64,000 nucleotides of DNA, taken from positions 27,282,001-27,346,000 of the forward strand of contig CM059432.1 of NCBI GenBank assembly GCA_030390025.1, read 5' to 3'. The stretch comes from Squalus acanthias (taxonomy: Eukaryota). Both the position numbers and the translations under genes were made by a program. Of the stretch, positions 35,221-48,054 are shown piece by piece. The notes beneath the pieces were generated by a model that saw only the letters and a list, made by a program, of their open reading frames with translations, did no database searches and was not told the DNA's origin. Position 1 is the stretch's first letter. Each line of letters opens with the position of its first letter.

Positions 35221-37330
35221 AACAACAACAACTTATATTTATATAGCACCTTTAACGTAGGAAAACATCCCAAGATGCTGCACAGGAGTATTTTAAGACA
35301 CAAATAAAATTTGACACCAAGCCACCTAAGGAGAAATTAGGGCAGGTGACCAAAAGCTTGGTCAAAGAGGTAGGTTTTAAGGAGCGTCTTAAAAGGAGGA
35401 GAGAGGTAGCGAGGCAGAGAGGTTTAGGCAGGGAATTCCAGAGCTTAGGGCCTAGGCAACAGAAGGCACAGCCACCAATGGTTGAGTGATTATAATCAGG
35501 GATGCTCAAGAGGGCAGAATTAGAGGTGCACAGATATCTCGGGGGGTTGTGGGGCTGGAGGAGATTACAGAGATAGGGAGGGGCGAGGCCATGGAGGGAT
35601 TTGAAAACAAGGATGAGAATTTTGATCTTGAGGCGCTGCTTAACTGGGAGCCAATGTAGGTCAGTGAGCACAGGGGAGATAGGCGAACGGAACTTGGTGC
35701 GAGTTAGGACACGGGCAGCCGAGTTTTGGATGACCTCAAGTTTACGTAGGGTGGAATGTGGGAGGCCAGCCAGGAGTGTGTTGGAATAGTCAAGTCTAGA
35801 AGTAACAAAGGCATGGATGAGGGTTTCAGCAGCGGATGAGCTGAGACAAGGGCGGAGACGGGCTATGTTACGGAGGTGGAAGTAGGCGATCTTTGTTATG
35901 CTGCGGATATGTGGTCGGAAGCCCATTTCAGGGTCAAATATGACACCAAGGTTGCGAACAGTGTGGTTCAGCCTCAGATAGATGTTAGGGAAACGGATGA
36001 AGTCAGTGGCTAGGGAACGGAGTTTGTGGCGGGGACCGAAAACAATGGCTTCGGTCTTCCCAATATTTAATTGGAGAAAATTTCTGCTCATCCAGAACTG
36101 TATGTCAGACAAGCAGTCTGACAATTTAGAGACTGTAGAGGGGTCGAGAGAAGAGGTAGTGAGGTAGAGCTGGGTGTTGTCAGTGTACATGTGGAAACTG
36201 ACGCTGTGTTTTCGGATGATGTCGCCAAGGGGCAACATGTAGATGAGGAATAGGAGGGGGCCAAGGATAGATCCTTGGGGGACACCAGAAGTAAAGATGT
36301 GGGAGCAGGAAGAGAAGCTGTTGCAGGTGATTCTCTGGATACGTTTAGATAGATAAGAATGGAACCAGGCGACTGCAGTCCCACCCAGCTGGACCATGGC
36401 GGAGAGGCGTTGGAGGTGGATGGAGTGTTCAACCATGTCAAAGGCTGCAGACAAGTCAAGAAGGTCGAGGAGGGATAGTTTACCTTTGTCACAGTCACAA
36501 AGGAGGACATTTGTGACTTTGACGAGAGCCGTTTTGGTACTGTGGCAAGGGCGGAAACCTGATTGGAGGGATTCAAACATGGAATTGCGGGAAAGATGGG
36601 CCCGGATTTGGGAGGCGACAACACGTTCAAGGACTTTGGAGAGGAAAGGGAGGTTGGAGATGAGGCGGTAATTTGCAAGGACGGCGGCGTCAAGGGTTGA
36701 TTTTTTTGAGGAGAGGGGTGATGACAGCAGATTTGAGGGAGAGGGGGACAGTACCTGAGGAGAGAGAACCGTTAACAATGTTAGCTAACATGGGAGCTAG
36801 AAAAGGAAGTTGGATGGTCAGCAGTTTGGTGGGAAAAAGGTCGACGGAGCAGGAAGTGGGTCTCATGGACAAGATGAGCGCGGAGAGGTCATGAGGGGAG
36901 ATCGGAGAGAAACTGGAGAAAGATGTGAGTTCAGGGCTAGGGCAGGGGGGAACCTTAGAGGAAGTTTGGCCCGGTGGGCATGGGGAAGCAAGGGAAGTGG
37001 CAGAGGCAAGCAGAACGGATGGTCTCAATCTTAGAGACAAAGAAGTCCATGAGCTCCTCACACTTGTTGTTGGAGGTGAGGGTGGAGGAGACAGGGGAGA
37101 GGGATTTAAGAAGACGGTTAGCAGTGGAGAATAGGAGCCGTGGTTTATCTTTGCATTCCAGAATGATTCTGGAATAGTGAGTAGTTTTGGCAGACGTGAG
37201 CGGGACCCGATAATGCTTTATGTGGTCCAGCCAGATCTGGCGGAGAAAATGGCTAAATCAGTTGTCCGCCATATCCGTTCAAGTCCATGTCCCTTGGACT
37301 TTACCCCACGTTCTAATCTTTACAGCCTGC
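35221..37330 (-). mobile_element. L2 LINE, 5'-truncated, with RT ORF 35252-36778
   Basis: NYRLISNLPFLSK, QSGF, LDLSAAFD, GVPQGSILGP, SRLDYSN; (AAC)n tail. Confidence 0.9.
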
Positions 37331-37897
37331 AACTCTGTCCTACAAACTTTATTTATTGTAATGTAATGCGCATGCCAATCTTTGGGGTAAAAATTCACTT
37401 GGTTGCGCCTCCCGTTAGCGCCTTAAGAGGGCGCTAATGGGGCGTTAAGCCGCTAACGCCCGGGCGCAGCGCTGTTTACGCCGCTCGAGAACTTAACTTG
37501 AGATTGTGCGGCGGCGCTAAAACTTACCGCTGCGACCACCTGCGCGCGCAGATTGTGACGTCATTCCATGGTGCAACGCCCTTGGGGCGCCCCGGAGCGG
37601 AAATTGAGTGGCGCCCCCTGCCTTACCGCCTGGCGCTTCCAACGACCGGAAGACTGGAACGTTATCAATCGGTGTGGGGCTGGGGGGGGCGCTATTTAAA
37701 GGGGGCCTCTTCCTGTCTTTTTCTGTGGTCGACATTTATGCACCACTCGTTCTGAGAGAGAGAGAGAGATTCGGAGAGAGAGAGAGAGAGAGACTTCTAC
37801 ATTGACTCAACGCTTTGTGAGGTAGTTTTGCCTAGTTCATCCTAACTTTGTTGCTACTTTAGTTGCTGTACCTCATTACTTTTCTGGCAAAGAGAAT

Positions 37898-39058
37898 ATG
37901 GGGGCTGCAATGATTGGGGGCGTCGTCCTGCTCCAGCTGAATCGGAGGATACTGAGACGCAGACAGAGAGTGGCAATGATGGCCAGACGGAGGAGGGCCA
38001 TCAGGCACATGTACAGGAGAGCTTACCCTCCCAGGGTATATCGTGAACAGCTCTCCTACATCCATATGTCCGAGTAGCTGTGTTTGCGAAGGCTGCGATT
38101 CAGCAAGGAGGTGGTCACTGAGCTCTGCCACCTGCTGCAGCCAGATCTGCAGCCTCAGCTGAGGTCCAGGACGTCTCTGTCGGTGGCAGTGAAGGTCACA
38201 GTGGCTTTGAACTTCTACGCCACTGGCTCATTCCAAGCTGCTGTTGGGGACCTCGCCAATATCTCCCAGTTTGCGGTGCATCGCTGCATCCGGCAGGTCA
38301 CCAATGCCCTCTTCAGAAGGAGACGAGACTTCATCTCTTTCCCTATGACCCCAGACAAGCAGCGTGACCGTGCTCTGGGCTTTGCGAGGGTAGCGGGCTT
38401 CCCCATGGTGCAGGGCGCCATTGACTGCACGCATGTGGCTTTGCGTGCTCCACGAGAGAATGCAGAGGAATTCAGGAACAGAAAGGGGTTCCATTCCTTG
38501 AATGTGCAGTTGGTCTGTGACCACAGACAGGTGATACTCGCTGTCAATGCCCACTATCCGGGCAGCTGCCACGATGCTTTCATCCTGCACCAGACTACTG
38601 TGGCAGAAGTTTTCGAGGCACCGCATCAGCCAGTTGGTTGGCTTCTGGGGGACAAGGGGTACGCATTGAGCACCTGGCTGATGACACCGCTCCGTACGCC
38701 AAACACCCCTGCTGAGCTGCGGTACAATGAAAGCCATCAAGCAACCAGGAACATTATTGAGCGCACAATCGGCGTGCTGAAACAACGGTTCCGCTGTCTG
38801 GACCATTCCGGAGGAGCCTTGCAGTACTCGCCTGAGCAAGTTTCGAACTTCGTAGTCGTGTGCTGCATGTTGCACAACATGGCAATCCTCAGGACCCAGC
38901 CAATGCCACCAGGCCTTGTAGCACCACCAGTGGAGGAGGAGGAAGAGGAGGAAGAGGACGAGGACGATGATCATCAGCAGCACCAAGGCAGGAGGGCGGC
39001 CCACAATGGTCAAACTGCAAGGGCCGTCCGTCAACGACTAATAGCAAGCCGCTTCTAG
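37898..39058 (+). pseudogene. Harbinger transposase with a single premature stop
   Basis: GAG>TAG at 38075-38077; otherwise open, with [33 protein letters not shown]. Confidence 0.93.
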
Positions 39059-39352
39059 GGCCCCTGCCATTGCTACAAACACTAATCAACCCAGCACGCA
39101 ACCCCTAAGCCGGCCAAGGCACCAATAATTCCAACCACCAGCCATGTATATTTTCAATACAGAAACTTATTTATTTTACAAACTCTGTGTGTGTCAATTC
39201 CTCATGACAAACTCATAGAAATAAACACAAAAAAACAGTCAATAACATAACTGGTTCTCACAACCTGGAGATAATGTCCAAAACACTAAACAAAAGTTGG
39301 ACCATGAACCTCGGCCTTTAATAAAAAAATGACCAGCATTTTGGCACACCTC

Positions 39353-41230
39353 CTACTTTTTGCCCTTCGAGGGTGATCTCCTTCCCTTGCGCACTTCCCC
39401 CCTTCTAACCCTACTGCTCCTCCGTAATGGGACCTCAATGGCTGCAGCAAGGCTGGTGGAAGGCTGCTGCTCGTCAGACCCTGACACTGCAGATGCCCCT
39501 GAAGGACGGCCTCGACCACTTCTGGGCCTGGAGGGCCCGGCTGCAGACTGCACCAACTCTGCATTGGCGGCAGCAGTCTGTCCTACAGGCGGTGGCAAGT
39601 GCAGTGGAGAAGTGACAGTGTTGGCAGCAGGAATGCTGTCATCGTGAGAGAGGCCAGCAACTCCCTGCTCGCCCGACACACTGGCACTCCCACGGGGCAG
39701 CACTTCAGCATCCGGAGCAATTTGCCGGAGAACAGATTGCTGGCCTGCTGCGGCGCGGTGACAGCCCCGGGGACATGTGCACGAACCATCGAGGTTGGCA
39801 GCAGTCTGTGCTCGCGTGGCCTCCATCTGAGTCTGTATGAGAGCAGTCAGAGGTGGGATCACGGCAGCCAGTGACTGAATTGCAGCACTAAGCGTTAGTG
39901 TGGCATCCGCCTGTGCTACAGCGAAGTGCTCCACACTCCTTGCCAGTGACTCAATGCAATCGGGCACCCTTCCCACTGCACCCATGAGCTCAGTGTGCAT
40001 GCCCACCGCCTGGGTGTTCATTTCTGCAATCAGCCGCTCCTCCTCTGCGTCCATTGCAGTAGGAGTGTCTGGCATACTCTCCCTCTGGGGAGAAGGCCCC
40101 CGTTCTTCCCTACCCCCCCCCATGGCGTTGCTGCAGCCCGCTGGGTCCTGGAGCTTCACCATCATCAGCCCCTTCCCCCCTGCTCCCCTCCGGGGAAGGC
40201 GTGTTCCCAGTGTGGGCATGGGCTTCCTCGGGAGAGGGTGGCACTGATGCTCCGGCTTCCTCTTCCTCCTCAGCTGCAGCATTACTCCCAGTGGCAGCTT
40301 CAGGGCCCGTCTCCTCAGCTGGTGAATCACCATCTGAAAGCAGGGAGGTACAAGAGTGGCTTTAGCGTGAGGACAGGGTGGCAGTAAGGGAGGAATAAGT
40401 GCAGCGAGTTAGCAAGTTGGATTGAAAGTGTCAAAGGCTGGTATTGTGAGGGACAAGTGGAAGGACAGAGGACAAAAAGGTGATGACCTTACCATTGCTG
40501 TCCACAACGGGGTCGGCGTCTCCAGTGGCGACGGGACCGATCACCCGGCTTGCCACAATCCTGTGGACGCGCTCCTCCAGATCGCTGAGGGGTTGCAGCT
40601 GAAGCCGCCCTCCACCCGTCCGTTGCTGCTGTCTCCGATTATGAGCCAGCTTAGCCTGCAAGAAAAAGGACAGCATCTGAGTAAATATACAGCCATGGTC
40701 TTGCCTGATGTGCCTCCCATAGGTGAATAGCCCTTACAATATACAGCCATGGTCTTGCCTGATGTGCCTCCCATAGGTGAATAGCCCTTACAATATACAG
40801 CCATGGTCTTGCCTGATGTGCCTCCCATAGGTGAATAGCCCTTACTGTATGCAAAGTGTGGAATGTGTGTGTGTGTTTGATGAAAGGGCCATAGGTGTTG
40901 GATGAGTGTTGTGCATTGGGGTTTTAAGACCCTCTGGCCATAGAGTGAGGTTGAGATGGAGGGATGGAGAGGTATTGAGAAAAAGCCACTCACCCTGACG
41001 ACCCGAGTGAGGTCGTTGAACTTTTTGCGGCATTGAACATGGGTCCTGGGCACCATGCTCCTGGAGGAGACGCTCTGAGCCACCTCCCTCCACACTCTTC
41101 TGAACTCGCGTGGCAAAGGCCTCCTGCCACTCTCCGGGAACAGCATGCATCGTCTGCGCTCCACTGCGTCAACCAGAGCATCCAAGGCCCGCTCGGTGAA
41201 GCGATGAGCACGTTCTCTCACCCTCTCCAT
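39353..41230 (-). pseudogene. Harbinger Myb/SANT gene, frameshifted in exon 3
   Basis: Same splice sites as copy 1; C5 run expanded to C9 at ~40113-40121. Confidence 0.85.
40687..40848. repeat. 54-bp tandem repeat x3
   Basis: Same unit as 4411-4626; two units end CAAT instead of CTGT. Confidence 0.95.
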
Positions 41231-41649
41231 GCTTGGCAGCAAAATGGATTACAGGTCTCTCCAGGCTGAGATTCAAGGCTGCAATGAGCAGGGTGTGGCT
41301 GGGGAGCAAGTGGCCCCCCCCCGCTTTAAGAAGTGTCCGGCGCCAGTGTGTCTGTGTTCCCTCGCTAACTGGCAGCAGCTGCGCTGCGCTCGTGCGCTGA
41401 GTTAGCGCCTTACTCCCTGGCCTTTGCGCCTTAAGACAGGTGTGCAGCGCCTGCTTTAGCGCTCCACTCACCTCCCGGGGCGGTAAAAGTGAAGTTTCCT
41501 GTCAGTGCCGATAATTAGCGCCAGGCGCTAATATTTGCGTCCGGACGATATTTGCGCCCCAAATGGGGCGCGACCTAATTTCTACCCCAAATCTTTTATT
41601 ATCTGTCTTTGGATTTCGAAACTGTCTTTTTTTCATCCACAGACACAAG

Positions 41650-44609
41650 GGCTGGAATTTTTCAGGGTGGTAGCGGGCACGATCGGAGGCATGTCAGGTG
41701 GGAAAGTTGTTATTTTTGGGAGTGGGTCGGGAACCCACTGTCATCCCGCTCCCACGCACCTTTCCCCCAGGCGCGTCTGTCAGCGCGGACCTGACCCGAC
41801 CGGCAGAGGCGGGCGACCCAGTTCAAAGTATTAGTAACTTATTGTCAGACCCTTAAGAGTGGTTTTAACCTTACCTTTTAAATTTAACTGCATGGCCACG
41901 GGAAACACGCAACTCGGGAACCACATCTGTGAGCCTGAGGCGGGAGTTCAGTGGCCATTGCTCCAGCTGATTAGTTGACAGCATCAAATGTACTATAAAA
42001 GCTCCCACCTGACAGATGATCACTTTCCTCGGGCAGAAGTTGTTTCTCACTGCATTCACAGCACAGATTCTGCAGGCTGCAGTCTTTCCAGTAAAGTTTC
42101 CATCCAGTGTCACCTCATTGGAAGACTCTCTCACCATTGACAGAATGCTTCTGTCATCTCTACTTCACCTGCCATCTATTCCATCAGCATGGGTGCCATT
42201 TATACTGTCTCACCTTGGTCCTCAGAATCTGACCATGATCAACCCCAACACCAGCAGCACCAGGCACACCAGCAGTAACAAAAACAACACCAACCTTCTC
42301 CGTAATCTCCTGATGCTGCACAGGACAGAGAGCATCAGCACCTGAGCACATTGCTGCCCGGGAGGCCAGGATGGTCTCATCATGGACAGGTTTACTTAAT
42401 TTGACACTGTGCGCACATATGGCTGCCACATGATGCACCAGTTTGGCACCACCCCACACCAACACCATAAGGCATCCCTGCAATGACCAAGCCATTCCTT
42501 TCACACTCACCGCCATTGCTGGAAGTACCATTAGGTCTCACCATTCACTGCAACTCACTAAGTCACTTACAAAGGTGCACACAAATCTGTCCAAGACCAG
42601 AAAGTGTTGAAAATAAATATTTTTATGTTTGACAGCACATTAACGGAAACTTTACATAAACATTGGATAAAACACCCAAGTGGCTACCCTTGATAATCTA
42701 CTTGTGTGTCATCTTTCTCTTCCACGTGCTTCTACGAGGTGCTAGCCCTGTGGCTTCAGCAGAGGTAGAGGCAGCCTGCTCATTTCACTGCTGCCAAGGA
42801 GCTGGAGAGCACCTTGCTGCACATCAGTGGGGCCATGAGGACCCATGTCTACACTGACATCCCTCCTAGAAAGGAGGTCTATGAGCCTCTGCCATCTATT
42901 CTCCATAGATAGCCATCTATCCTCCATAGAGACCATGTGCTCCTGCGAGTGGCGCATTAGCTGCTCCATGTAGGTGGCTGTCCTATCCATGGAGGAGCCT
43001 ACAGCACGGTAGTGGTCATGTTGGAGATGGACTCCTTCATTCTCTGAACGTCTGCAGACATCGCGCTTGCAAAACCTGTCAGAGCCCCCTGCACTTCTTC
43101 CTGCACCTCCAGGATCGCCCTCTTTCTGGATGGCCCCCGAGGTTCAGCGTCTGCATGCAGCTCAGCAGAGCTAGGAGTGTCCTGTGCCCTCCGGTGAGAA
43201 CTCTCCACTGCTGTCCCTGTCTCCACCATCTGCTCTTGTGAGTTGTGAAACACCAGGTGACAACACTACTCTATCTCGCGTGGCACTTACCGAGGTGTGC
43301 GTATATGAGCTGTTGCTGGGTGCGCTTATGTCTGGTGACGGTGCGCCCTCAGAGACTGGAGGCTCCTCTGAGGAGTTGTCTTCCTCCTGGACAGTGGGGG
43401 AGGTGGGGAGGGGGGCTCTTGATGGACCTATGGGAGAGCAAAGAGATGAGGTAGATATGTCATGAAGAATGGGTACAGTTACCATTATGCACATGCTCAT
43501 CATTCAGTGGCTGCTGTCATCAGTGCCCATATGAGTGACTGGTGAATGCCATGTAGCTGTATGATATGTAATTCTGTCACCAGGTTGCTGAGGTGTCCCC
43601 TTCTCTCTGTCTCCCACCTCCAGCTGCTTGGCAACTCCAGATATTTCTAAAACAGCCTCCTCTGCAGTTGTAAGGTTTGCAAATGATGGAGGGCCAACGC
43701 CGGTTCTCCCCCCTCTCCCTCTTATTTCGGGTTCTCTTTTCCTGCAAGGAGGGAAAGAAGAGAAGGTTGAGTGAGAGTGATGGAATGAGTGCAAGGAATG
43801 GATGGGTTAGATATTTGGAGGGTGACTATGATGGAGTGGGGTGCCAAAGCCAAGTGGCCTCCTTGTGTGTTGTTAGGTTAGTTGGTATGATTGTACTAGG
43901 AAGAGGTTGAGTGTGAGGGGTGGCTTGTGAGATGGGGATGTGATAATGCAGATAGAGAGGGATGGGTGGACATGCAAGGTATGTTGTGTGAGTAAGGATG
44001 TGCAGGGTTGGGAAGGCAGAATGATGGGGATGTGATGAGAGGCACAGCAGGATGAAGTTGAGTGTGGCTTTGTACTCACATTTCCTGATCTAATGAGATC
44101 ATTGAAACATTTGCGGCACTGCACCCAGGTCCTCCTGACCACATCCCTGCTGGTGACCTCCTCTGCAAACTCCAACCAGGCTGTTTTGGTGTCCTGGGGA
44201 GATCTCTTCTGTCCATTGGAAGGGAAGAGGACCTCCCTGCATGCTCTTACTCCCTCCATAAGCATGTGAAGGGAGTCATCAGAGAACCTGGGTGCAGCCC
44301 TCTGTCTCAGTGCAGTGATTGTCAGTGTTTGCAGCACTCCAATGCTGGAGTGCACTGACAGCACTATGTTACATTAAACTTCAAATCCAATTGGCCATGG
44401 TCACTTTAAAGAACCCGGCTGAAAATGCGTCATCGATGACATCACCAGCCCTGCACCATTTAATTGGGCCGGGTAACGCGCAGGGCGGGCTTAATAGGCT
44501 CTATTAAGGTAAAGTCGTTTTCAGCAGCGGGATGGAGCCAGCAGCAGGGTCGCGACCTGCCATCGACACCGTCCGCTCCGGACCCGCCCAGGTAGGCAAA
44601 ATTCCGGCC
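41650..44609. mobile_element. Second-family Harbinger deletion derivative (2960 bp)
   Basis: TIR GGC(T/C)GGAATTTT; TSD AAG; contains a Myb/SANT gene but no transposase core. Confidence 0.88.
42742..44364 (-). pseudogene. Decayed three-exon Myb/SANT gene
   Basis: AAPRFSDDSL...WLEFAEEV...RTWVQCRKCFNDL; splice sites at 44079, 43742, 43580, 43428; stops in exon 3. Confidence 0.8.
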
Positions 44610-44724
44610 AAGGTTCAATTTCCCCTTTCCTCCACATTTGCTCTCTGGCTAAAATGCCAAAACAAAACATGCTGGGATACTTTGACCATTTAAACCACTT
44701 TAAAATATTCGATGTAAATGATAC

Positions 44725-45035
44725 AGACCAGAATGATTCAATCCCTGCTCTAAGCTGGCTGAGTTAGCTGACCCGGGCTAGGGCAGAAAAGTGTCGATTT
44801 AATTGCCTTTATCTCGAGGTTTGTTGGGGGGTGGGGGGTGGTGGAAATCAGCACGGTTCCTCTTCATAATCGTTAGCCAGTGACCCCTGCTGGAAAGTGT
44901 GGATCACAGTTGGAGATAACACATGACTGTGATGCTTTGCACCCCTGACTAGTTTGCCAGCACTCAATATCTGATCCCATTAGGCGAGCTACGGCCAGCT
45001 ATTGAACATGATCAGTGACTTTGGGAAGAGGAAGA
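44725..45035 (+). mobile_element. Old SINE remnant (possibly AmnSINE2-like)
   Basis: GCTGAGTTAGCTGA...GGAAATCAGC...CCAGTGACCCCTGCTGGAAAGTG; family name recalled, not searched. Confidence 0.4.
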
Positions 45036-45066
45036 GACAAAATTGGAGGGGCAAAATATACGACGT

Positions 45067-45222
45067 GCCAGCTGTGACTTAGTGGGTAGCCCTTTCACCT
45101 CTGAGTCAGAATGTTGTGGGTTCAAGTCCCACTCCAGAGACTTGAGCACAAAATTCTAGGCTGACACTCCAGTGCAGTATTGAGGGAACGCTGCACTGTC
45201 AGAGGTGCCATCTTTTGGATAG
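45067..45222 (+). mobile_element. SacSINE1-like SINE head
   Basis: Matches 46727-46880. Confidence 0.75.
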
Positions 45223-45270
45223 ACTGTTGGTCCTGTTGTTCACCAAGGTCTCAGATGCCCCACTGCCCTC

Positions 45271-45822
45271 GAGATGCCGTGCTCCAGCAAATTCTGTATA
45301 ACTTGTGCTGTAAGCTAAGTATGAGGAAAGGACAATCAGGATCATTTTTGAACACACCATGATACTGCTGAAGCAGAGATTCAGGTGTCTTGGTCGGTCA
45401 GGGTGGGTTCTCTACAATTTGCCCCAGATAGAGCCTCCCACATTTTAAGCTATGATTCATTCTGAATAACCTCGCATTACAGAGCAGACTGTATGTGGAG
45501 GAGTGACATGCTGATAAAGCAGACTCACAAGCTTTGACTAAACCACACTGCAGACCAAAGTGCCCAGTGTGATAAAGGTGATTATAAAAATTGCCTTCCA
45601 TTTATTTCCCACCCAAGTGATCAGCCCGCAGTACTTCTCTTAATAGAAAGTTTACTAACCCAGAAAGTGATTAGAATGTGGAACTGCCCATCCCGACTGA
45701 CCGAGACACCTGAATCTCTGCTTCAGCAGCACAATGGTGTGTTCAAAATTGATCCTGATTGTCCTTTCCTCATACTTAGCTTACAGCACAAGTTGTACAG
45801 AATTTGCTGGAGCGCGGCATCT
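45271..45822. repeat. ~130-bp inverted repeat pair around a ~290-bp spacer
   Basis: 45271-45401 is the rc of 45693-45822 with scattered mismatches. Confidence 0.9.
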
Positions 45823-46726
45823 CCTGGCATGCCCCGTTAGTTCATTTTCTTTCTTTTTTTCTTTCACATGGAGTAGTTGAGGTGAATAGCATTTAATAGG
45901 AAGCTGGATAAGTGGATGAGGGAGAAAGTTATGCAGATAGGATAAGATGAAGTAGGGTGGGAGGAGGCTCGTGTAGAGCATAAACCAGTTGGGCTGTATG
46001 GCCTATTCCTGTGCTGTAAGTTCTATGTATTTCTGTGTAAGACTAGGAAGCGCTAAGATTCAACCCGTGCAATGTGCTGTGTTAGCTGATCTCCGTGAGT
46101 GCTGATCTTATGTAACGCTATTAGGTGCTCCCTCAGCAAAGGTAATGGAAGGTTGCTGTTCCTCGTGCTGGGACTCCTGAGATGCTCATGGCCTCTGGAC
46201 GCTCAAGCCAGCGAAGGCTCCGGCTGCAGACTACAGCACCTCAACTGCTGCCGGGGCAGTCTGGCCCAGCTGGCCTGCTGGTGGGTAATGGATCAGAGAG
46301 TGGTGAAGGAGCAGATGTGCTGACATCCTGAGAGAGGGCAACATGTACCATTCTCATCATGTCACTGCCAGTCCTCTGGGGCTCATCACTTCCATTGATC
46401 TGTGCGGGAGCAGACTGCAGAAGATGAGTGTATTCTTGAAAGCCCCTATCTATTCTGTCCACCAGGACAACTGTCTATCCAATGTTGGAGCCCAGAGGCC
46501 AGGTGGCAGCTATTTGAACTTCCAATGAAGCTGCAAAGGCTGGTGGCACTGATTCCCTTTGTGAGCATCCAGCTACAGCGTACCTGGATGAGCTCACACT
46601 CTTCAGGACTGTAGAGTGCTGATTCCATACGAGATGACTCCACATAGGCTAGAAGTGGACTCCTCCACACTCTCAGTTATGGTGGTGAAACTCCTTGACG
46701 GGCCTTCCACTCGAAGTTCTCACAGT

Positions 46727-47120
46727 GTCAACCATGGCTCAGTGGGTAGCACTCTCACCTCTGAGTCAGAAGGTCATGGGTTCAAGCCCCACTCCACAGA
46801 CTTGAGCACATAATCTAGGCTGACACTCCCAGTGCAGTATTGAAGGAGAGCTGCACTGTCAGAGGTGCCATCTTTCAGATGGGATGTTAAACCGAGGCCC
46901 CATCTGCCCTCTCAAGTGGACTTAAAGGATCCCATGGCACTAATCGAAGAAGGAGCAAGGGAATTCTCCCCAGTGTCCTGGCCAATATTTGTCCCTCAAC
47001 CAACATCACTAAAAAAAATTATGTGGTCGTGTATCGCATTGCTGTTTGTGGGAGCTTGCTGTGTGCAAATTGGCTGCCCTGTTCCCTTCATTACAGCAGT
47101 AATTACACTTCAAAAGTACT
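46727..47120 (+). mobile_element. SacSINE1/DeuSINE-like SINE
   Basis: A box TGGCTCAGTGG, B box GGTTCAAGCCC, Deu-like core GGATCCCATGGCACTA...GTGTCCTGGCCAATATT. Confidence 0.82.
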
Positions 47121-47154
47121 TAAGCAAAATACTATGGATGATGGAACTCCGAAT

Positions 47155-47995
47155 TTAAAACAGAAAATGCTGGAAATACGCAGCAGGTCAGGCAGCATCT
47201 ATGGAGAGAGAAACAGAGTTAATCTTAACTTTGGGGGAGAAATTGAGTATTGCCCCATTTGGCGGTACCTTTAGCGGTAACGAAAATCTGGCACTGGGCG
47301 CTACGCCAGTGAATCTGACACAAACTTCGGGTTTAAAGCTCCAGGAAGGAAGTGGAGCACTAAATCAGGCGCTACCACTTCCCTTGGAGCACTAAAGTTC
47401 GGCAAGAGGGGCGGTAGCGGTGCAGCGCTGCCCAATGTTGAGTGCAGCGCTACCGGGAATGGAGGCTCCTTCCCTCCCTTAAAGGGAAGGGCCATCGCTG
47501 CAGGCTCTGCACTAAATCGATGTCACTCGTCGCCGACGGCAGCCGCGATCCGCGACGATCAGCCCCAAACACTCTAACGGAGTGCAGCACTGATCAATGG
47601 CGGCACAGGAAAAAGTTGAAAAAACAACCTAAGGGGTGCAAACAAATTTTTCATTGATACAAGCGGCCTTACCTTTAAATACCGCTCCCCAAGCGGCCGG
47701 CCTCCTGCAGCTGTCGGTGTTATCGCCCGGCAATGCTGCGGGGGGCGGAACCGAAGTTCGGATCCGGGGCGCTGCTCAGCCGGGTGACGTCACGCTCTCA
47801 TGGCGCTAGTGGTTACTGCTGTCGTAAACCTCCACGTCAATTTTGTGGGCGTTGGTACTATTGCCGCGCCCGGTCGCAAAGCCGGTAGTGCCCCGCTATC
47901 GCCCCCTGGAGGCGCTAACGGGAGGTGCAAAGGAGGCGAATTTCTAGCCCTTTGTTTCTCTCTCTATGACCTGCTGAGTATTTCCAGCCTTTATT
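47155..47995. mobile_element. Penelope family 2 mini fold-back, split by a MITE
   Basis: GCTGGAAATACGCAGCAGGTCA...AGAGAGAAAC / GTTTCTCTCT...TGACCTGCTGAGTATTTCCAGC. Confidence 0.75.
47233..47950 (-). mobile_element. Harbinger-family MITE (718 bp)
   Basis: TIR GGG(GG/CT)AGAAATT; TSD TTT; right end (rc) TTGCACCTCCCGTTAGCGCC matches the left subterminus of the 4.2-kb elements. Confidence 0.9.
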
Positions 47996-48054
47996 TATTA
48001 ATTTATTTTCTTTCTTTTCCTTTCCTTCCTTCCTTCCTTCCTTCCTTTCTTTCT

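Larger units (their letters stand above)
37384..41588 (+). mobile_element. PIF/Harbinger DNA transposon, copy 2 (4205 bp)
   Basis: TIRs GGGGTAAAAATT / GGGGTAGAAATT (rc); collinear with 1102-5367. Confidence 0.95.

Noticed and set aside
46100..46720. Possible further Harbinger Myb exon-3 remnant
   Set aside because: Only compositional resemblance; no Myb domain or TIRs found
46727..46800. tRNA genes
   Set aside because: A/B boxes are heads of multi-copy SINEs, with no complete cloverleaf
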